Assembly (NCBI GenBank): GCA_039591655.1 | Contig: JBDHDE010000030.1 | Coordinates: 1,266-65,265 of the forward strand | Length of the DNA: 64,000 nucleotides | DNA from: Gemmatimonadota bacterium | GTDB lineage: Bacteria > Gemmatimonadota > Gemmatimonadetes > Gemmatimonadales > GWC2-71-9 | Direction: 5' to 3' | Part shown: piece after piece, positions 1 through 6,956 of the stretch | How the letters are laid out: every line of letters begins with the position of its first letter | Position numbering within the stretch: position 1 is the first letter of the stretch | Notes under the pieces: generated by a model | Told to the model about the DNA's origin: nothing | Database searches by the model: none | What the model saw: the letters and a program-made list of their open reading frames with translations, nothing else | Position numbers and translations under genes: made by a program

Positions 1-1885
1 CCGGAAGCTCACCAGTAGACACCTGGAGCCGCTCGAGACCGACGTCACCGACGACGAGATCATCTCCCTCAAGGTGGAGACCAACCAGTCCAAGGTGCAG
101 ATCGCCCAGGCGGCCCGCACCCGCGTGCTCCGCGACGGGAAGCGGCACCAGGTAGAGCGCCGGCCCATCAGCCGTCCAGGGTATGTGGCCCAGGAGTTCA
201 CGGTTGCAGCGGACAAGGGCGTACCTCTCATCGTGGAGAAGGTGGTCACCCTCTTCACCTCCCGCGATCACGCCATCACCGAATGCGGCGTGGAGGCGCG
301 CGACCAGATGCGCCGCACCGGCGGCTTCAATGCGCTGACCAAGACACACGCCTTGGCCTGGAAACACCTCTGGGACCGATTCGACATCGGCATCGAGGCC
401 GACGTTCCCAACCGCCATGGCGAGCACGCTGCCATGGTGCTCAGGCTGCACGTGTTCCACCTACTGCAAACTGTCTCCCTGAACAGCACCGAGCTCGACG
501 TTGGGGTGCCGGCCCGGGGGCTCCACGGTGAGGCCTACCGCGGGCACATCTTCTGGGACGAGTTGTTCATCTTCCCGTTCCTCAACCTACGCATGCCGGA
601 GATCACCCGGGCGCTGCTGCGGTATCGCTACCGACGACTGCCGGAGGCGCGGGCGGCGGCACGGCAAGCGGGGTGTCTCGGGGCGATGTTCCCCTGGCAA
701 AGCGGCAGCAACGGCCGGGAGGAAACCCAGCAGGTGCACCTCAACCCCAAGTCGGGCCGCTGGCTTCCCGACCACAGCCACCTGCAGCGACACGTCAACG
801 CCGCCATCGCGTACAACGTGTGGCAGTACTACCAGGTGACCGGCGACCTGCAGTTCATGGCGTTCTTCGGGGCCGAGATCCTCATAGAGATCGCCCGGTT
901 CTGGGCCTGCCAGTCCGTGTACAACAAGAAGCTGAACCGTTACGAGATCCTCGGCGTCATGGGCCCGGACGAGTATCACGACGCCTACCCCGACGCAGAG
1001 AGGCCGGGCCTCGACAACAACGCGTACACGAACCTCATGGCGGCCTGGGTTCTGTGGCGCGCCCTCGAGATCTTCCAGGCGCTGCCTCCCAACAAACGTG
1101 ACGAGCTGTGCGACAAGCTCGTCGTTATGCCCGACGAGATCCAGCATTGGGAGGAGATCAGCCGGCGAATGCGCGTGTGCTTTCACGACGGCGGCATCAT
1201 CAGCCAGTTCGAGGGCTACGAGAAGCTCGAGGAGTTCGACTGGGAGGGTTACCGGAAGAAGTACGGGGACATTCACCGCCTGGATCGGATCCTCGAAGCC
1301 GAGGATGACACTCCCAATCGCTACAAGCTCTCGAAGCAGGCCGACGCGTCAATGCTCTTCTACCTGTTCTCCGCCGAGGAGCTGGAGGACCTGTTCGAGC
1401 GCCTGGAGTACGATTTCGACCACGCCATGATCCCCCAGAACATCGACTACTACGACGAGCGGACGTCGCACGGGTCCACGCTGAGTCGCGTGGTGAGTTG
1501 CTGGGTGCGAGCGCGCGGAAACCGCCCGGGATCGTGGGAGCTGTTCATGCAGGCTCTGGAGAGCGACGTGGCGGATATCCAGGGCGGGACCACGGCGGAG
1601 GGCATCCACCTAGGCGCCATGGCCGGCACGGTGGACGTCGTACAGCGGTGCTACACGGGGCTCGAAACACGAGGTGACGTGCTGAGGCTCAACCCCCAGC
1701 TCCCCAAGGAGCTCAAGGACCTCAACCTCAGGATCTGCTACCGCGGCCATTGCATAAAGCTCGACATGACCCACGAGCAGCTCGAGATCGCGTCGATGCC
1801 TTCAGTGGTCAAGCCGATCAAGATCCAGGTGAGGGACGAGATGCACATGCTCGCCCCCGGCGAGGTCAAGGTCGTACCACTGTGA
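1..1885 (+). CDS. glycoside hydrolase family 65 protein (trehalose/maltose/kojibiose phosphorylase-like); 5' end lies outside the window
   Basis: The frame of ORF 74..1885 stays open back to nt 2. It carries the GH65 catalytic-domain signature HGEAYRGHIFWDELFIFPF, followed by a long (alpha/alpha)6-type region and a C-terminal domain. Third codon positions are strongly GC-rich. Confidence 0.8.
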   Translation, partial: RKLTSRHLEPLETDVTDDEIISLKVETNQSKVQIAQAARTRVLRDGKRHQVERRPISRPGYVAQEFTVAADKGVPLIVEKVVTLFTSRDHAITECGVEARDQMRRTGGFNALTKTHALAWKHLWDRFDIGIEADVPNRHGEHAAMVLRLHVFHLLQTVSLNSTELDVGVPARGLHGEAYRGHIFWDELFIFPFLNLRMPEITRALLRYRYRRLPEARAAARQAGCLGAMFPWQSGSNGREETQQVHLNPKSGRWLPDHSHLQRHVNAAIAYNVWQYYQVTGDLQFMAFFGAEILIEIARFWACQSVYNKKLNRYEILGVMGPDEYHDAYPDAERPGLDNNAYTNLMAAWVLWRALEIFQALPPNKRDELCDKLVVMPDEIQHWEEISRRMRVCFHDGGIISQFEGYEKLEEFDWEGYRKKYGDIHRLDRILEAEDDTPNRYKLSKQADASMLFYLFSAEELEDLFERLEYDFDHAMIPQNIDYYDERTSHGSTLSRVVSCWVRARGNRPGSWELFMQALESDVADIQGGTTAEGIHLGAMAGTVDVVQRCYTGLETRGDVLRLNPQLPKELKDLNLRICYRGHCIKLDMTHEQLEIASMPSVVKPIKIQVRDEMHMLAPGEVKVVPL

Positions 1886-2451
1886 CGCTGGCCTTCGACG
1901 TCCTTCGGTTCACCGTCTTCGCATTCCTCGTCTTCAGCGCCGGCGTCGCCCTGGGCTCCTGGGCGGTCCGCACGCGGCGCATCAACCCCTTTGGCCGGGT
2001 GGGACAGACCATCCGCCGCCTCAGCGATCCCGTGCTGGCGCCCATCGAGACCTGGCTGCTGCGCCGGGGGGGCAACCCCCAACAGGCCGGCTGGTGGCTG
2101 CTGGGGATCAGCGTCTTCGGCGGCATCCTGGTGATCACCACGGCGCAGTGGATCGTCGTGCAGCTCTTCCGCACGGTGGATGCGGCGGAGGAGGGACCCC
2201 GCGGCGTCATCCGGCTGATCGTGTACCACGCGACCCAGTTGATCCTGCTCGCCCTCATCGTGCGGGTCATCGGGTCATGGCTCGGCGTGGGCCGGCACAA
2301 CCGCTGGATGCGCCCGGCATACATCCTCACCGACTGGTTGGTCGAGCCACTGCGGCGCATCATCCCACCGTTCCGCATGATCGACGTCACGCCGATCATC
2401 GCGTGGTTCCTGCTGCTCGTCGTGCGGGGGTGGGTGCTCAGCCTGATATGA
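1882..2451 (+). CDS. yggT: YggT family membrane protein
   Basis: GTG at 1882 overlaps the GH65 stop (GTGA). The product MTLAFDVLRF...RRINPFGRVGQTIRRLSDPVLAPIE...LVEPLRRIIPPFRMIDVTPIIAWFLL has the duplicated YGGT-type motif and four hydrophobic helices. The part of ORF 1750.. upstream of 1882 overlaps the GH65 gene and is not credited. Confidence 0.8.
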   Translation: MTLAFDVLRFTVFAFLVFSAGVALGSWAVRTRRINPFGRVGQTIRRLSDPVLAPIETWLLRRGGNPQQAGWWLLGISVFGGILVITTAQWIVVQLFRTVDAAEEGPRGVIRLIVYHATQLILLALIVRVIGSWLGVGRHNRWMRPAYILTDWLVEPLRRIIPPFRMIDVTPIIAWFLLLVVRGWVLSLI

Positions 2452-2515
2452 GGGCCGGGCAACCCGCTACGTGCCACGCGCAGCGGCCACCCCACACGAC
2501 CCCGCAGCTCGCAGC

Positions 2516-2782
2516 ATGACGCTAATCCTCGTCGTCCATGTGCAGCCCCGCGCCAAGCGAACCGAGGTCGCCGGGTGGCACGGCGACGCCATCAAGGTGC
2601 GCGTCGCAGCCCCACCGGCAGGCGGCGCGGCAAACGAGGCGCTGATCCGGTTCCTCGCGGAGCGGTTGGGGATCCCCCAGTCGGCGGTCTCGCTGGTGAG
2701 CGGCGCCGGAGGCCGTCGCAAGCGCGTCGCAGTCCGAGGAATCACCCTGGAGCAGGCCCTAGCCGCCCTCGGGCTGGGCTGA
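2516..2782 (+). CDS. yggU: DUF167 (YggU) family protein
   Basis: ATG at 2516 gives MTLILVVHVQPRAKRTEVAG..IKVRVAAPPAGGAANEALIRFLAERLGIPQSAVSLVSGAGGRRKRV, a typical YggU sequence. It sits directly after yggT, a conserved pairing. The alternative start at 2471 is less likely. Confidence 0.8.
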   Translation: MTLILVVHVQPRAKRTEVAGWHGDAIKVRVAAPPAGGAANEALIRFLAERLGIPQSAVSLVSGAGGRRKRVAVRGITLEQALAALGLG

Positions 2783-2857
2783 GGGGCGCATGCAAACGGG
2801 GCCGCCTCGAGCATCTCGAGGCGACCCCGCCCTCACTTGCCGAGAGGGAGGCTGGGC

Positions 2858-3070
2858 TTACTCGCCCACCTTCGCGACGTTCTCGGCGGCCGGGCCCTTT
2901 TGGCCCTGCACCACGTCGAACTCGACGCGCTCGCCCTCTCTCAGCGACTTGAAGCCGGAGCCCTGGATCGCCGAGTGATGGACGAAGCAGTCCTTCTCCC
3001 CGTCATCACGCGTGATGAAGCCAAAGCCCTTGCCATCGTTGAACCACTTCACGGTTCCGGTCGTACGCAT
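2858..3070 (-). CDS. cold-shock protein (CspA family)
   Basis: The 70-aa product is [63 protein letters not shown], with RNP1/RNP2-type motifs KGFGFI and CFVHHS. An AAGGAG Shine-Dalgarno lies upstream of the ATG at 3070. Confidence 0.95.
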   Translation of the reverse strand: MRTTGTVKWFNDGKGFGFITRDDGEKDCFVHHSAIQGSGFKSLREGERVEFDVVQGQKGPAAENVAKVGE

Positions 3071-3638
3071 TGCCGTACTCCTTCTGGTGTTGTGTTGATG
3101 TTCGTCGGAGTGCGGCAGTGCCGTACCTACCGATCGCGCATCAGCTATTCGCGGTCATCGCCCCCGCGTTGGGCTGCCGGTGGGGAGTCGGTTACCGCAC
3201 TCCCATGCCGGCGTGGATCCTAAAAAAAACGAGAGGGAATCCGCGTCGTGCCAGATCCCCTTTGCAGTGTTCTCCGGTCTTGGGCATGCCCACCTGGGCG
3301 TGCTTAACGCGCCATTAAGGTAATGCCCTACCCCGACTTGCGGTAGGGGCGCCGGAACGGGGCCATTCCAGCCGAGCACTGGCGCTGCGGCATTCCGCCA
3401 GCTAGATTCGCTGATCGCGTTTGCCTCACCCCATCGGTTGGGGTACCAGTGGTACGACAACGGGGACCTGGCGCGAGCCGGTTCCCGTTTTGCTGCACCA
3501 GATTATGCCGGACCGGTGGCACGCGCCATCGCAATCTCGGCGGCGCGGCGGGTGCACCCCGCCAGCACGCGAACGGGCGCTCGGCAGAGTGGCCCTGGCG
3601 TGTTTCGCCACTGTCACTCGCAGCTTCGAGGAGACCCC

Positions 3639-5207
3639 GTGCGACGGCTGAGCATCGGCATCATCGATCTCGTGACCAAGGGCCCGACCAACAACGGGCT
3701 CTACGAGCGCATCATGAACGCCAACCTCGCGAGCATCATGCCGCAGGTGCTCGGCGTTTGGTGTGAGGAGGAAGGCCACGACGTCACACTGGTCTGCTAC
3801 ACTGGGTTCGAAGACATCCTCACTGAGCTGCCGCGGGAGACCGACGCCGTCTTCATCGGCGCGTTCACGCAATCCGCCCAGCTGGCCTACGCGCTGAGCG
3901 CGCTCCTCCGCTCCCGCGGCGCCATCACCATACTGGGCGGACCGCACGCCCGAGCCTACCCCGAGGACGCTCAGCAGTACTTCGACTATGTGCTTGGGTT
4001 CACGGACCGGACGCTGGTCCACGAGGTGCTGCGGGACCTCGCACCGCAGCGGCCGGTGGGCGTTCACCTCAAGGCTGCGCGCCAACCGGCGGCGCTGCCC
4101 GGCGTGCGCCAGCGGTGGAAGTTCATCGAGCCCACGCTCGCCAAGGCCCCGCTCATCAAGATCGTGCCCATGCTCGGCAGCCTCGGGTGCCCCTACAGCT
4201 GCAGCTTCTGCGTCGACGCCGAGGTGCCGTACCAGCCGTTGGACTTCGACGTCCTGAAGGAAGACCTCCGGTTCCTGCGGCAGCGATACCGGCGCCCACG
4301 GATCGCCTGGCACGACCCCAACTTCGGTGTGCGGTTCGATGACTACATGAACGCTATCGAGGAGGCTGCCCCTCCCGGCAGCGTGGACTTCATCGCCGAG
4401 AGCAGCCTGTCGCTGTTGTCCGAGAAGCGCCTGTCCCGGCTCAAGCGGAACGGCTTCAAGGCCATGCTGCCGGGTGTCGAGTCCTGGTTCGATCTGGGCA
4501 ACAAGTCCAAAACGGGAGCGGCGCAGGGCCTCGCGAAGGTCGCGCAGGTCTCGGAGCACGTGGAGACGATTCTGCGCTACATACCGTACGTGCAGACCAA
4601 CTTCGTGCTCGGCCTCGATTCAGATACCGGACCCGAGCCGTTCGACCTCACGAAGCGCTTCGTCGACCTGACGCCGGGGGCCTTCCCTGGCTACTCGCTG
4701 CTCACGGCGTTCGGCCAAGCCGCGCCGCTCAACCTGACATACCAGCGCGCGGACCGCGTGCTCCCCTTCCCCTTCCATTTCCTCAACAACAACCACGCGA
4801 TGAACGTGCGCCCAGCCAATTATGCGTGGCCCGAGTTCTACGACCACGTGATCGCGCTGGCCAAGCACACCTTCTCGTGGCGGGCCATTGCTCGTCGGTT
4901 CCGGGCCGTGGGCGAGACCATCCCGCGCTGGATGAACGTCGTCCGGGCGATCTCGTCGGAGGGGTTCGGACGGATTCGCTACTACGCGGCCGTCCGCCGG
5001 CAGCTGGAGCGCGACCGGAAATTCCGTGCCTACTTCGAGGGGGAGAGCAACGTGCTGCCGTCGTTCTTCCACGCCCGCGTCAAGCGCGATCTCGGACCGC
5101 TGTGGTCATGGCTCCCCCAAGGGGCGTTGCAGCACGATCCGAACGCCTATGGTAAGGCGGTCGTCGCGCCCGCCCCCCTGAGGGTTCTGCCGGCAGTGTC
5201 CGCGTAG
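3639..5207 (+). CDS. B12-binding-domain-type radical SAM protein, substrate unknown
   Basis: GAGGAG (3628-3633) plus a 5-nt spacer precedes GTG 3639. The N-terminus has a Rossmann-like region (IIDLVTKG...VFIGAFTQSAQ...ITILGGPHA). The radical SAM cluster motif is GCPYSCSFC (CxxxCxxC). The first 67 codons of ORF 3438.. have no support. Confidence 0.75.
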   Translation: MRRLSIGIIDLVTKGPTNNGLYERIMNANLASIMPQVLGVWCEEEGHDVTLVCYTGFEDILTELPRETDAVFIGAFTQSAQLAYALSALLRSRGAITILGGPHARAYPEDAQQYFDYVLGFTDRTLVHEVLRDLAPQRPVGVHLKAARQPAALPGVRQRWKFIEPTLAKAPLIKIVPMLGSLGCPYSCSFCVDAEVPYQPLDFDVLKEDLRFLRQRYRRPRIAWHDPNFGVRFDDYMNAIEEAAPPGSVDFIAESSLSLLSEKRLSRLKRNGFKAMLPGVESWFDLGNKSKTGAAQGLAKVAQVSEHVETILRYIPYVQTNFVLGLDSDTGPEPFDLTKRFVDLTPGAFPGYSLLTAFGQAAPLNLTYQRADRVLPFPFHFLNNNHAMNVRPANYAWPEFYDHVIALAKHTFSWRAIARRFRAVGETIPRWMNVVRAISSEGFGRIRYYAAVRRQLERDRKFRAYFEGESNVLPSFFHARVKRDLGPLWSWLPQGALQHDPNAYGKAVVAPAPLRVLPAVSA

Positions 5208-5213
5208 GGCGGA

Positions 5214-6392
5214 CTATCGGACCCTAGCGCCGCCACGCCGCGCGCGGACGGAAGGCCCCCGCCGCTGCGGCGGCTTGGCCCGCTGCTCCGGCTGGAGCGG
5301 TGCCACGGAGGGCTCGAAGCCCGGGACGATCTCCCGAGGGAAGCTTCGACCCATCAGCTTCTCCACATCCCGCATCATCAACCACTCGTCCGGCGACATG
5401 AGCGTCAGCGCGACGCCCTGCGCGCCCGCCCGCGCCGTGCGCCCAACGCGGTGGACGTAGACCTCCGGGTCGCGGGGCACGTCGTAGTTCACCACCATCA
5501 CTATGTTCTCGACGTCGATCCCGCGGGCGGCAACGTCCGTCGCTACCAGGACTCGGGTGCGGCCGTTCTTGAACCGCTCCAGGGTCGCGGTGCGGAAGCT
5601 CTGCGTCTTGCCGCCGTGCAGCGCCGCCACCTCCTTGCCCTCGCGGCGCAGATGACGTGCGAGCTTGTCCGCCGTGAACTTGGTCCGGGTGAACACCAGG
5701 GTGCGTCCCTGGGGTACCTTCTCCAGCATCCGGGCGAGGAGGCCTCGCTTCTCGGCCTTGTCGACCGCCACCAGAATGTGCTCTACCCCGTGAGCGGCCT
5801 CCGCGCGCCGACCGATCTCCACCGCCGCGTGCTCCTTCAGGGCGCGCCGCGCCAGCCGATCGACGTCTCCTGAGATGGTGGCCGAGAAGAACAGCGTCTG
5901 GCGCTCGGTGGGGAGCGTCGCCAGGATGCGGCGGACGTCGGGCGCAAACCCCATATCCAGCATCCGGTCCGCCTCGTCGAGCACCAGCACCTCGAGATTG
6001 GAGCTGTCCACGTGTCCGCGGCCCATGTGGTCGAGCAGGCGGCCGGGCGTGGTCTGCGGCTCCATGCCGACGCCGCCGTAGACCGCGGCAGCCCGCAGCC
6101 CGCAGTAGCGGCCGTAAGCCTGCGCGCTGCGCAGAACCTGCTCCGCGAGCTCGCGGGTCGGAACCAGCACGAGCGCTCGAAGCACCCCGCGCCGGCGGTC
6201 CTTGAGTCGCTGGAGAATGGGGAGGAGAAAAGCGGCGGTCTTGCCGGTGCCGGTCTGGGCTGACCCGACAAGGTCGCGGCCTTCGAGGACGACCGGAACG
6301 GCCTGCTGCTGAACCGGGGTAGGCTCGGTGTAGCCCCGCTCCTCGATCGCCCGGAGGAGTTCGGGCACGAGGCCCAATGATGTAAATGACAT
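5214..6392 (-). CDS. DEAD-box ATP-dependent RNA helicase (RhlE-like)
   Basis: Helicase motifs are present: Q motif/GYTEPTPVQ, AQTGTGKT (I), PTRELA (Ia), TPGRLLD (Ib), DEAD (II), SAT (III), VATDVAARGID (V) and HRVGRTARAG (VI). There is a short basic C-terminal tail. See the finding on a missing segment before motif Ib. Confidence 0.9.
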   Translation of the reverse strand: MSFTSLGLVPELLRAIEERGYTEPTPVQQQAVPVVLEGRDLVGSAQTGTGKTAAFLLPILQRLKDRRRGVLRALVLVPTRELAEQVLRSAQAYGRYCGLRAAAVYGGVGMEPQTTPGRLLDHMGRGHVDSSNLEVLVLDEADRMLDMGFAPDVRRILATLPTERQTLFFSATISGDVDRLARRALKEHAAVEIGRRAEAAHGVEHILVAVDKAEKRGLLARMLEKVPQGRTLVFTRTKFTADKLARHLRREGKEVAALHGGKTQSFRTATLERFKNGRTRVLVATDVAARGIDVENIVMVVNYDVPRDPEVYVHRVGRTARAGAQGVALTLMSPDEWLMMRDVEKLMGRSFPREIVPGFEPSVAPLQPEQRAKPPQRRGPSVRARRGGARVR

Positions 6393-6623
6393 GTACTGAG
6401 TACGGCTCCTTGTGTTACATGCGCACGCACACCGGGTGACATCCGTGTCACCGGGAGGAGTGCACCTGATTGTCTGAACCTGAGGAGTGAGACGGCGGGT
6501 TTACGGCGTGCCGCGATCCATTCCTAAGCGGGGACCGTCTGCGGAAGGCGAGAAGATACCAGCTTGCGGTTCGTGCTACGGGGAGGAAGGTAGTCGGAAA
6601 TGGGCCGGGGCGCTAGTCCCGGG

Positions 6624-6854
6624 TTACCGCAACTCATCGACGGAGCAGTCTTGCACCTTCCCGTCGATGATGCCCTGCCCAAACTCGCGGCACCCGTTGA
6701 TTGCGGCCACCTCAGTGGTGTAGGTCGTCGGGCCGCTGAATGCCCTGAGCCTCAACCGGCCGCGGATCAGCACATCGAGCGTCCATCGACCAGAGCCGCG
6801 TATCTGAAAGGTGCGTGGCGTGATGGTGAAGCCCTTGTAAGGCACAGAGGTCAC
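6624..6854 (-). CDS. small conserved hypothetical protein (about 76 aa)
   Basis: GGAG plus a 5-nt spacer precedes GTG at 6854. The product is MTSVPYKGFTITPRTFQIRGSGRWTLDVLIRG..FSGPTTYTTEVAAINGCREFGQGIIDGKV. From memory it resembles a family of small uncharacterised proteins with the pattern YKGF.I....Q...G.W......F....T..EA...C..FG..IIDG. The TTG at 6911 (start of the ORF in the track) is a possible alternative. Confidence 0.5.
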   Translation of the reverse strand: MTSVPYKGFTITPRTFQIRGSGRWTLDVLIRGRLRLRAFSGPTTYTTEVAAINGCREFGQGIIDGKVQDCSVDELR

Positions 6855-6915
6855 CGCGACTCCGGGCAAGCCATACCAGAGTATACCCCGTCGTGCCTGC
6901 AGACGAGCCAAGCCC

Positions 6916-6952
6916 GGCGTACTTGTCGGCCAGGGCTGTCTTGAGGCGGTCC
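6916..6952 (-). repeat. 37-bp exact copy of the kinase 5' coding sequence (encodes DRLKTALADKYA), an orphan fragment
   Basis: The sequence ggcgtacttgtcggccagggctgtcttgaggcggtcc is identical to 9336..9372 and matches 12016..12052 at 36 of 37 positions. It begins 5 nt after the kinase-1 stop codon. Confidence 0.9.
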
Positions 6953-6956
6953 GAGC

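Noticed and set aside
3607-3614. GCCACTGT, resembling the core of the cobalamin-riboswitch B12 box, lies 25 nt upstream of the B12-type radical SAM gene. Nearby there is a GGGGA...CUGGC-GCGA-GCCGG...CCCG stretch (3471-3500).
   Set aside because: The other invariant blocks I remember (GGGAA..GGUG..AA.UCC...CCCGC.ACUGU in the right order, with the matching helices) cannot be aligned. An 8-mer match is expected by chance. Only an Infernal scan with RF00174 could revive this idea.
6487-6944. Plus-strand ORFs 6487..6723 and 6600..6944 lie in the helicase/kinase spacer.
   Set aside because: They have no Shine-Dalgarno and no recognisable motifs, and their composition is odd. 6600..6944 is antisense to the better-supported small ORF 6624..6854, and 6393-6623 is more plausibly the structured helicase leader.
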